Positions 52,464 to 64,000 of a DNA stretch of 64,000 nt are shown one piece after another. Each line of letters starts with the position of its first letter. The first letter of the stretch is position 1. The notes beneath the pieces are model-generated. The model had not been told where the DNA came from. It saw only the letters and a program-made list of their open reading frames with translations, and searched no databases. Both the position numbers and the translations under genes were made by a program. Source of the stretch: Chrysomallon squamiferum (taxonomy: Eukaryota; Animalia; Mollusca); the NCBI GenBank assembly GCA_012295275.1, contig CM022675.1, forward strand, positions 2,356,001 through 2,420,000. Reading direction: 5' to 3'.

Positions 52464-55400
52464 ATTTGATTTATACTGTAAAAAAAGATTAAATAAATAA
52501 ACAAACAAACAAACTAACTAACTAATAAATCAAAAATAAATAAATAAATAAATATCTATGATGTTATATTTTATGAATTGTATTGTGTGTGTGTCTATGT
52601 CTCTGTGTTTACCCTTCAAATATAGGTGCATTGTGATAATCAAAGATACGTCATAAAACAACACAGTATTAACACAATCATTAACTATTAAGAAACATGC
52701 TTTTTCTCAACATCATTATATTAATTTATGTTTTGTACCCACCAATATGCATTAATATACACCTACTTGCGTCCTTACAAACGTACATACATAAACAAAA
52801 AATAGTACACACAAATCTGGGGAATTTGCGCAAACTGACACCTTACCCAATATTCTAATTTGATTGCTGTGTAATAGCTGGTACAGTCACTGTTGAAGTT
52901 AAACAAGCCGAGTTGCAGGGGTGAGTGTATGGACCAATCGAGAAATCAAAGTTAATACAGCTCCTCAGTTGATGTCTCATGATCAGATAGTTAGTCTTGA
53001 AAATAGCTTTTAAGATGATTTGGATACGTTTGCTGTTTGATGAGATAAATCAGAACCCATAAATAATTTTAAATCAAATGAAAAAGAAGAAGATGATCTT
53101 GAATGCACTGCATGAATATATAAAGAATTCCTTGTATGCGCACACGCTAAACTGAACAAATACATTGACCCAAGTAGTGTACAGATGCATTTGCAGAAAG
53201 TCGACACTAAAAAAGTTATCATACAAATTACATTGACTGAAGTAATGTGTGTCTGTGTGTGTGTTTGTGTGTATATGTATATTGGACACTAAACAAGTTA
53301 TAAAATCGCATTGACTGATGTAATGTATATCAATATTTACAGAACGTGAGCACTAAACAAGTTATAATAGAAATTTACGAACAACGGATGAAACACATTT
53401 ATTGAAGTAAAATGCGTGCTAATGTACATAAAAGTGAGTACAATTGTCAACTGAATAACATGCTTACATATAAATAATGCGTAGAGATATGTAAACTGAT
53501 CTTCCTGCAATGGTAAAGAAGTCAAACATGCACATTTACTGTAGTAAATAATCTGGACATATAAGCACACATTCACTGAATAAACGTACATACAAATGTA
53601 CGCTTGCAGACACATATATTTGTTCCTGTACAAGTATATACAAAGTGTACACATTTATTTTAAGCAGTAATATACATACAAATGTATAGAAGGAATACAT
53701 ACATTTTTGAAGTAGGATACTTAGAAATACATTGAAAATGTCGATATACATTTACTGGCGTAGCATACATACACATATATAGAAAGTGTACACACATGTA
53801 TTGATGTAGTATATACACACATATATGCAAATATCCACATACACTTATTGACGTACCATACATAAAATACATAGAAATTGTGCACGTACATTCACAGGAG
53901 TAGTACACGTACATATATATAGAAAGATGAAGTGCACGTACCTTGTTTATTGTAACACTCCAAGTAAACCGTTTTCCTCTCTTACACTGTCTGCTCTGTT
54001 TGGAAAGAAATATAAAAATGTGTATTAAGATGAGATTTCCTCTATTTATATGATAACCAAAAAAAAAAAAAAAAAAAAAAAAAAAGTTATTTCCATTTAA
54101 ATCGTGTGTGATACGCTTCACTAGTGTTACCGAAACATTTCATATATCTCTTCTTCTTCTTCTTCTTCTTCTTCTTCTTCTTCTTCTTCTTCTTCTTCTT
54201 CTTCTTCTAATTTTTTTTTTTTTTATATGTTTGATCTTTTTTTTTTTTGGTGAGCCACTGGTTCTCTACACATTGTATATTTGTAATGTACATATACATG
54301 TCTACGGAATATGTTATTTTTTTGTTTATTCATTTATCTGTTTGTTTGTTTTTTCTTTGTGTTGTTTCTTTGCTTATTTCCTTCTATGCTTTTTTATTAG
54401 TTTTCTTTATTTGTTTGAATGCTAAACTGGTTTAATTATTTTTGAAAAGTAGACTGAGGGCAATTATTACTAGAACAAAGACGATAAAAACAACAACTAC
54501 TACTGCTACAGCTACTACTGTTACTAGTGCTATTGCAACTTGTAACGATATAAGTCATATAAGCAACGCTATAACAGCAATAACAATATATCAACTGAAT
54601 TATGATTCGGACACACTCTGCGCTTGTCGAACAAGATAGCAATTAAGAACATCTATCTATCTATCTATCTATCTATCTTTATATCTATCTATCTATCCAT
54701 CTATCTATCTATCTATCTATCTATATATATATATGTTTTGACAAAAGCCTAGCGAAATAAGATGATTATCTATTTATTTATTTATTGATTTATTGATTCA
54801 TTTATTTATTTATTTATTTAAGTTACAGTCTGGACACACGTTACCTCTATATAACTAGCATCGTACCAAAATCTTATACACATGTACTGTCTGTATGTGT
54901 TTGTATGTATGTATGTGTGCTGGGGTCATTTTATGTATGCCGTTACTTGTGTACTTGACTTGACGTTAAAGGCAACCATAAATATATGCTTTCTAGTTAC
55001 TCCAAAAAAAAAAAAAAAAAAAGCAACAGAAAGCTAAGTATGTATTTCCAGTCATGCGTATCTTCTCCTCTAGAGCAGCAGACCGTGGTTGAATACATAC
55101 GAGACCAGCCCGGTGTCATTTTTATTTTCTTTCTTCTCTTATATAGAATTCACGGATAGCTGCGTCTTACGCCCCGAGCGTAAAGAATCGATGTTTTATA
55201 CACATCATTTTCTATTCAGTCTCTTTAAATATGTGTGTTTGTGTGTGTTTGTCTGAGATAGAGATAGAGAGAGAGAGAGCAAATACGTCGTATGTACGGG
55301 CGATGTATACATGTGTTTTTTTTTATCTTTTCTTTTCTTTTTTCTTCGTTTTTTCTTCATTTTTTTCTGTTGTTATTTTCTGTTTCATTTTTTTTTCTTC

Positions 55401-56306
55401 CTCGCGCAGGTTTATCCTTTCTTTATTTCTTTGAATTTAGGTACGGGTTTACCTTTACCTGATGCGTGCGTGCGTAGATTTTTGTATCCATGCATGCATG
55501 TGTGCATATAAGTGTAGATATTTGAGTGTAAGTGTGTGCGTGGATATATTTGTGTAAACGTGTGTATTTGTACGTGTGCCAGTGCACGTCTGTATATATC
55601 TATCTATGTTTGTATGTGCATATATACACGTGCATATGAATGTATGTATGTATATGAGTGCATCTGTCGTTATATATATTTTTGTGTCTATGTATGTGTC
55701 AGTGAGTTTATATATATATATGTCAGTTAAACTATCTATCTATCTATATATATATATATATATGTCAGTTAAACTATGAATTTCAAAATCCAAATTTTTT
55801 ATTTAAATCTCTTCAGATAGTTTGACAGCGAAATTATCTATTTATTTATTTATTTATTCATCTTAATAAGGCTATCTTTTAATGGAAGTAAATTAGAAAC
55901 AAAAGTTATTATGTGATACGTGTTACATTGATGATTCTGTATTCTTTTACTGACACGTCGAAAGTGATAAAAGAGTGTTTCTGTGTGTTTGTGTTTTTAT
56001 GTGTGAGTAGATAACACTATTTTGAGGAAAGCATTAAGTAAATAATAAACCTATCAGAGCATAAAAACACGAGCAATGGATACCCGCACTCAGCTGTGAC
56101 GACAGTAGTCTCCCTTGTTATGTCTCGACAGATATTTAGTTTTGTTTTGTCTGTTTTAAATGTAGCAACAAACATGTCTGCCTTTTTCTTGTCATCTCTA
56201 AACGAATCTTTGTTATAGTAAATTAATTCACAGTTGTATTTTCTCTTTAGTACTGCACATATAGAGATATACTGCTAGTACTACTACTACTTATAATAAT
56301 AATACC

Positions 56307-56452
<146 letters not shown>

Positions 56453-56998
56453 TGCTATTCGTTCAGTTGCTGCTGCTGGTAATAATAATACTCCTACTAC
56501 TACTACGACTACTGTTACTAGTACTGTTACACTTGATGGTAATGGACGAAAAACACTTCTTGAAAGATTTCACTATAAGTGTATGTATTGACAATATTAA
56601 ACTGGAGAAAAAAATAAGTTGAAGAATCAGAGATAGATTAACAAAAAAGAGAAAACTGAATAGAGAAATTAAATAGAAGACAAATTCCTTTTTGTTTTAA
56701 AACTATTCATAATTATAATCAGTAACGGTATTAAATAATATCACTCGATATCAAGCGATTCTGTGTAGTCTTTACTTATTGGTCGTAGTGACACCTGTTA
56801 ACATGCCACCAAAAGTTCAGTGAGATTTCTCACTCGTCTGCCTCTTTAAAGAAGTAGTCTTTTTTGTAGCTATTTACACATATAGAATTTTAATGTCGTT
56901 ACGTATGTTGGCTTTCTTTTTTGATTCGGAAAAGTAATAATCATAATAAGAATAATAATATCAACAACAACATAAACAATAACAACAACAGCAACAAC

Positions 56999-57036
<38 letters not shown>

Positions 57037-57052
57037 TAATAACAATAATAAA

Positions 57053-57092
<40 letters not shown>

Positions 57093-57753
57093 GCTGTCAT
57101 TAATTAATTCTGATTTCGCGTCATCGAATTTTTTTTAGTAATATAGAAGAAGAATAAGGATTCACACGTACAGTAATTTAAGCTAGAAAAGTAAGTAAAA
57201 ACATCGTTTTATGCATGACAAAAATATGATAATTACAACAAGAACCTTCATCTTTGAAACAGCAGGGGGAAAAGGCTTTTTTTCTGTCATGAATTTATAC
57301 AATAAGCCGAAAACCCAGAATATAGTAATGATAATAATTATATAAACAAAAAATAAATCTCAACTAATATCTACGACATATTACAGAAAACAAACTACAA
57401 GAGATGCACCCCAATAAGCTTTATTCAAAATAATGCAAATATATAAAAATACAAAATAGTAACAAATGAATTAAATGAAGTACAAAATACGAATCCAGCT
57501 ACAGGAATAGGAAAGCAAGCAGGAACAAAAATAATGAAAATGAAACTAAATGTAAACATAAGAATAACAGTAATACTACTACTACTACTACTACTAATAA
57601 TAATAATAATATAAAAGGCAACGCCAACAGCCCAAAGCAAAACATTTTCTTTTTATGCCAGGTCAAAGAAAAGAAAGAAAAGTATTGCGTATATTACAAA
57701 ACAATTTGGATTTCAGTAATCCAGGTTTCAGCTCCAGGAAAAAGTAAACCGCA

Positions 57754-57823
<70 letters not shown>

Positions 57824-58375
57824 TAATAATAATAGTAAAAATAAATAGACGAAAAGAAACAATAAAATAATACTTTAAAAATAAAACAAACAAACAAATA
57901 ATAAAAAAATGAAAATATGAAAAGGAATAAAAAAAGGAAGAAAAGCAAAACGATATTTGGCAGAAAATTAAATCTGACGATAGCGAATTTGTTTTTATTA
58001 GCATAAGATCTTGAATAATAAATAAATAAAATAAAATAAATAGATAAATAAATAAGTAATTGAAACAAATAATAATAATAATACCCACAATTGAGAAAAA
58101 AGTGTAGTTCTCATCAAACAATTAAAAAATATATATATATATACACACAAAACAAAATTATATATAACTGGTTAAACAACAACAACTATGAAATAAAAAT
58201 CAGAAGAAAGAAAATCAGAGAAAAAACAAAAGAAGACAAATAATTACCAAAACGTAATATAGTTAGTAAAACATGCTAAAGGAAAGAAAACCTTTAAACA
58301 AAGGCAATTTCACCTAAAAGTAAAAACAGTTTTCAACTTCAGTTTGCTATTACACTATATGCAATATTTGTCACG

Positions 58376-58566
58376 TTAAGTAAATGTCATGTTTTTGACA
58401 TCTTCCTTCTTCAGACTGGACTTTTTCTTCCTCAGGAAGACGACCACCACAATCCCAATGACAAGTGAGAAGATGATCACCATGACAACACAGAGAACAA
58501 TCAGAATCGTGGTGTTCACACCAACTTGATCAGATCCATGTTTGTCACCTGATGTCTCTGAGATAC
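58376..58566 (-). CDS. Gene C terminal TM exon
   Basis: ISETSGDKHGSDQVGVNTTILIVLCVVMVIIFSLVIGIVVVVFLRKKKSSLKKEDVKNMTFT*. Confidence 0.9.
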
Positions 58567-58959
58567 CTAGAAAGCAGCACATTTTTAAACGTCAGATTTT
58601 TGGAACCTTTCTTGCAGCTAATATATATGAACGAAAATCTCCATTTAACTGTTTGTTTAATACGACAAAACTAAATGAAATTAAAGAAAACAAATAAACT
58701 CACTCGGTGTTCGATCTTCTACAATCACGTCCAGGACAGTGAATGTCTTTCTGACAAGTTCATCAGACGTTTCAGCAGATCTTCGTTTTCTTCCAGACGC
58801 TGCCTTCCCGTTGCAGTCCACCTGAAATTATAAATATGAATGTGAAATTTGATTGTCTGATTTCAGATTTTGAGGAAAACGTTCAGCATTTCTCCTACTT
58901 GAAACAAATATAGCCATTGAGAGAATGAAATAATACTACTAATAATAATACTAATAATA

Positions 58960-59031
<72 letters not shown>

Positions 59032-60690
59032 CAGGTTTAGTACAACCAACGTAAAAGTTTGATTAGAAATTTTAAAACTTACAGGGTCGCACTGAGATTT
59101 TTTATCTGGAGGACAAACTTTGACAGAACATTCTGTAGAGACTGCGTTGTTTTTGTCTTTGTTTCTAAAACTGACACTTTGTTAGATTTACATTTCAGGG
59201 GAGATAAACTTTAACAAGCCTGACTTACAGAAACTATCTGAAGGAAATTGAGCGAATTATTATTAAAACAATTTTTTACAAATTATTTAAGAACAATACG
59301 GAAAAGTATTTAAGAAATAAATAGGTTTTCAAAGTAGCAATTTTCAAGTTGTAACTTAATATTTAAATATATTTCTTCCTTCTTATAAGGTTTTACCAGT
59401 TTCAAGCTATCATTTATTTAAATATATTCCTAATGCTGTCCTTTGTTAAAATACAGATAACCTTTTAATGATATACGTAAAGGTATTTTCAGAAAAAAAA
59501 AAAAAAGTAGCCAGTTGTTTTGTGTCCGTTTTCTGGCCGGTTTTGTCTACGTAGTAAATTAACTACGAATTATCGTTCTTAGACTTTTACTCATATTTAA
59601 ACTTCAGATGTACATTTCAGGGGAGATAACTTGCTAAATTTAACAGTCTTCTTTACCGTTATAGTAATAATCTATGGGTTTTTTCTTGTTTGTTTTTTTC
59701 ATTGTTTTTTGTTGATATTTTAACTTTATTATTATTTTTTTTTTTTGTTGATTTTTTTATTCAGATTTTTCAAATATCTCGTAACTGCTGTAAGTATTAT
59801 TTAATACAATAACAAACAATGTAAAAATTGTGTTCACTTTTATCACTAATAATCATCTAGACAACATCATTCTCTGATGTGCATATTTTAAGCTGACGAA
59901 ATAAAACACATAAAATAAAATTATCTAAAACTAATAGAAGAAAATGATAAAACTTACAGGGTCGCACTGAGATTTTTGATCTGGAGGACAAACTTTGACA
60001 GAACATTCCGTAGAGACTGCGTTGTTTTTGTTAAAGGTGAAAGCTTTCAACTTGAATGTGACGTTGTTTCCCGATCTTTCAGGCTCCTGTATCATCAGTT
60101 TACCAGTCTCAGACGATGGACAGCTGAATAAATAAAAAATATAAGATAAAATAGCATTTCTGTTTAGTTTTCTCGATATGAATAAACTCTAGGTGTTTTA
60201 AAAGGAGATTCACTTATTCTAATTATTAGAATCTATAAAGTTATATATTTTTCAAAAAATAATACGAGGTAATTGTAAATATTTTCAAAAGAATTAGTCT
60301 GAGTGTCTATCCAGAGGTCATTAATTTACGTAAAATATTTATTTGAATCTAGAAAGAATCTTGCTAGCTGAAGTGAGAAAGAAAAGAAAATAATATATAT
60401 ATTTTTAAATAATTATAATGTTAATAACATAACGAGAAATATAACAAAATAATAATAATAATAATAATTATAATGATAATGATGATTATGATGATGATGA
60501 TGTTCATATTCTCTAGTGCTTCTCGGAAGCGATTAAAAATCCATGTTTATGAGTTCTGGGCTAAACAAGTATAAGTGTATAAAAAATATTTACCTGTCTT
60601 CAATGATTTTTAGAGTTTCCCTATCTTCTCCAGTTTTCTGATTATCAGCAGTACATGATTCCAGCCTGAGAGTACCTGAGTTTGCTGGCT
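58376..60690 (-). CDS. Gene C, last four exons (ZP-C2, ZP-C3, furin/EHP, TM) of a third paralogue; upstream part lost at the N gap
   Basis: Exons 60594-60690, 59958-60123, 58704-58821, 58376-58566; same phases as gene B, high exon similarity and partly alignable introns. Confidence 0.85.
58704..58821 (-). CDS. Gene C furin-site/EHP exon
   Basis: VDCNGKAASGRKRRSAETSDELVRKTFTVLDVIVEDRTP. Confidence 0.9.
59083..59164 (-). other. Partial duplicate of the 3' half of gene C ZP-C3 exon (possible alternative exon)
   Basis: NKDKNNAVSTECSVKVCPPDKKSQCDP with GTAAG donor and a TTTTAG acceptor. Confidence 0.6.
59958..60123 (-). CDS. Gene C exon ZP-C3
   Basis: 166 nt, near-identical to gene B 43379-43544, ends KSQCDP. 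Confidence 0.9.
60594..60690 (-). CDS. Gene C exon ZP-C2
   Basis: EPANSGTLRLESCTADNQKTGEDRETLKIIEDS; 97 nt, phase 1 to 2. Confidence 0.88.
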
Positions 60691-61246
60691 CTGTTTCAAA
60701 GTATTACAATATTTGCGTTTACAGATGTTGCTATCTCCAGCAAAATTATATTTTGACTAGGAGTTATAATGAAGATTATGCTAAGTGATGGGTATTAAAT
60801 GTCATGTTTACTAGTAATTTTATTTCCGTTATCAGAAGCGTTAAAAGTGAATAACTGTTGATAATAACGACAGAAATTCAGAGTCAAAATTTCGTCCTGG
60901 AAAGAACACTGTCACATTCGTCTAGAAATGTGTGGATGATAATAATACTGATAATAATTGAATTAAACTGTACTTAAAAATTGAAGACAAATTCTGGAAG
61001 GAAAAGTCATGTAATATAATACCTGTGTCTGTATTTATTTATTTATTTATTTATTTATTTTATTTACTTACTTACTTACTTACACATAACATTTTGTTTT
61101 CAACATTGGTAAAATTGTACAATGCTAATAAATGCTGTGTGTAGATAAATACTTTTTAAGACGTTAAATATTTTCTCTTCATTTCATAGATTTGGCGTGC
61201 AGCTCATAAGAATTACTTTAATTTGGTTAATGATAAAAATTCAAAT

Positions 61247-61446
61247 NNNNNNNNNNNNNNNNNNNNNNNNNNNNNNNNNNNNNNNNNNNNNNNNNNNNNN
61301 NNNNNNNNNNNNNNNNNNNNNNNNNNNNNNNNNNNNNNNNNNNNNNNNNNNNNNNNNNNNNNNNNNNNNNNNNNNNNNNNNNNNNNNNNNNNNNNNNNNN
61401 NNNNNNNNNNNNNNNNNNNNNNNNNNNNNNNNNNNNNNNNNNNNNN
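61247..61446. other. Assembly gap (200 N)
   Basis: Run of N. Confidence 1.
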
Positions 61447-61507
61447 CAAATATAATACAAACACACAGAACACTGTGATCTACAAATATTAATCGAAATA
61501 ATTTCAG

Positions 61508-61697
61508 ATGAAGTTTCCCGTCAGAAAACCTCCATTGCGATCGTTATTAATCCTGCTGGAACAGTCAGTAGAGTTGTCTATGCTATAGGTAAAAACAGAC
61601 AAAACACTTTGTACGTTTACACAATCAGATGACCCTCGGAAAAACAGGGTGTGGCTATCAGAGTTAAAAAAATCGTGAGTGTTGCGGGGTGACTCAC
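61508..61697 (+). pseudogene. Inverted, degenerate copy of the ZP-N1 exon
   Basis: ttcag AT GAA GTT TCC CGT CAG AAA...ATT AAT CCT GCT...GTT GTC TAT GCT...GAA AAA CAG GGT GTG GCT...GGG GTG ACT CAC aligns with gene A 14219-14406; frameshifts, first Cys lost, donor lost. Confidence 0.8.
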
Positions 61698-62009
61698 ATC
61701 AGTTCTGTTTATTATATTTTATTTCCTTTCTTATTGTCAAGTATATTTACGTATTACTAGTTACTTACATAAACTGTTAAAATCAAACATATTTATGTTT
61801 GTGTATTTGTGACGTATGTTGTCAGTAAACGCACTATAAAAATGTTGCATGTTGTCTGTGTACCACATGATGTTAGACATCGGTTAAGGCAGAACTGAAC
61901 ATAATGATTTAAACCTAGAATTCTCGCTTACCGCAAACTAAACACAATGCATACTTTAAGAAAGTAGATAACATAACGACACTAAGATTTTATTGATTTA
62001 GATTTATTG

Positions 62010-62085
<76 letters not shown>

Positions 62086-63914
62086 AATGAATACTGGTAT
62101 ACAAGAATAAAGTTAGACGAGATGAATTTTCGGGATTGACCTATCTGCGGTTCAACCACATTTAAACTTGTCTGACAAGCTCATAAAGAAAGTGTTATAA
62201 GACTGGTTTGACTGATATTAAATCTAGGACTAAGTTCACTTTTAACCTGCTGACCTTTTTATCGAACTAATAACTGAATCCATCCTGCTGATTTTCTTTG
62301 TGGTAAAAGCGTCGCGAAACGTGGTAACTATTAACACTAAAAGCGTATTCAGCTACAGCGAGCTGGTGTGTAAGTCAGACAAAACTTTGATTCCTTCACC
62401 TCGCTTCACCGCGTCACAAACCAAACTGTTGTTCAAAGGTCAGTAGACTTGTTTACGAAACATGTTCACTGAAGAATGACGTGTTTTTTTTTTTTTTTTT
62501 TTTTTGAAAGAGTAAAGCTGATAAGCTACAGGCTACTATCAGTCAATTTGCATATTATAAAGTTATGAAGAGACATATAAATCTGCTTAGGCTGGTATTA
62601 AATATATCAACAATGTGCTCTTTATAATCTGTAACCATTTGCAATGGCTAACCAATTAGTTTTAGTATAATAAGAATAAACACAGTGTCAGACAGAATCG
62701 CCGGCAAATGAAATGCACAAGTAGATATGATTTTCTAGAAATACTAGAAGTAGTGGTGGAACTAGTACCAACATAATTAGTACTTGCAGTAGCAGCAGTA
62801 GTAGTAATAGTAAGGTTGCCTACGCAGTCACCACTGTCTGGCTGTTATCTTGACATTTTCCTTCAGAATGTATTTCATTATAGGTCTTAATTTTCTACAA
62901 TAAAGGAAAACACACAACAACAAAAAAAAAAAAAAAAACATGTTTCCACACCAGTGTCACTAACCCATCATGAATAAACCGAACTTTTAGCACAATATTC
63001 GCACATTTCTTTTCTCACATAATCTGTATGTGTATATGTGTGTATTTGTATGTGTGCTTCATTCCTTTTTGTATATTATTTATTTCTTTATTATTATTTA
63101 TTTTATAATGCTTCGACTATTGTTTTCTGATAAAAGTAGACCAGACTTTTCGGTGTAATTATAAAACCATTTTGCAGAAAGTATTAAGAAAAGAGTAAAG
63201 AGATCTGAAATTTCTTAACGTCGCCATTTTGTACCACGCACTCAGCTGTGACGACAGCAGTCGCCATTGTTATGCAGCAACAGTTATTTAGGTCAGTTAT
63301 GTAGGTTTTTAAAAGTAGGTCATCTACTTTATTTCTTGTTCATATCTTTCACACACACAGGTATATATATTTCATTTTATTATTACATTATTAGCAGCTC
63401 ACAATATCAGTGGTATTTTAAAACTGTTTTGAAGATGGTCCAAGAAAACTGGTTTGACAACATTTGACTAGATTATATTTCTTCTCTTTTCTGTCGATAC
63501 TTTTAACTTAAATACAATTATGTGCGATTATTTTTGAATCTATATCTTTTCCCAGTGAAAAATAAAAATAGAAAATAAATAAAGAAAGAAAGAAAGAAAG
63601 AAAGAAATAATGGTGATGATGATAGTAATAATAATAATAACAGTTATATTTATGATGATGATGGAGAATATGATGATGATGATGATGCTGCTAATGATGA
63701 TAATAATAATAATAATAATAATAATATCCCTGCTACTACTACCTCTCGTTTTCACACTTACAATACTTTCGCTACTAATACTAATACAACAAGTAGTACT
63801 AACAATAAACTACTACTACTTTTACTAGTATTTCTATTAATACTGCTAATTGTACTAGTCTTACAGTACTAGTCTTACTACTACTACTACCACTACTACT
63901 ACTACTACTACTAC

Positions 63915-63953
<39 letters not shown>

Positions 63954-64000
63954 TAATAACAACATTTTAATGGCATAGTGAACTTTCTATACAACGAATG

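Noticed and set aside
53337-54121. Overlapping minus-strand ORFs upstream of gene B
   Set aside because: Degenerate TACA/TATA-rich low-complexity sequence with no recognisable domain.

Overview
AT-rich, microsatellite-dense eukaryotic (animal) genomic DNA with two 200-N scaffold gaps; composition and gene family suggest a mollusc, possibly a cephalopod (inference). Most entries in the ORF track are microsatellite artefacts. By reading GT-AG boundaries and exon phases on the minus strand I reconstructed a tandem cluster of three paralogous multi-exon genes: gene A (15383 to below 2822, 3' end outside the window), gene B (52463-41438) and the 3' end of gene C (60690-58376). The architecture, seen in A and B, is signal peptide - EGF - EGF - ZP-N - start of ZP-C - [linker + 4 SRCR domains] - rest of ZP-C - furin site RKRR/EHP - transmembrane helix - short tail. 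The main result is that the four-SRCR cassette sits inside the ZP module as a phase-symmetric, skippable insertion, rather than N-terminal to it as in DMBT1/hensin. The cluster shows active remodelling: patchwork exon identity between paralogues, altered SRCR cysteine patterns, a minisatellite made of exon-end plus splice-donor copies, an internal duplication in A, a missing ZP-N exon in B, a 1-nt frameshift in A, a half-exon duplicate in C and an inverted pseudo-exon. Also present are a Tigger/pogo remnant, two minisatellites, unclassified dispersed and inverted repeats, and a possible decayed secreted-protein gene. Coordinates were counted by hand and no database searches were run.
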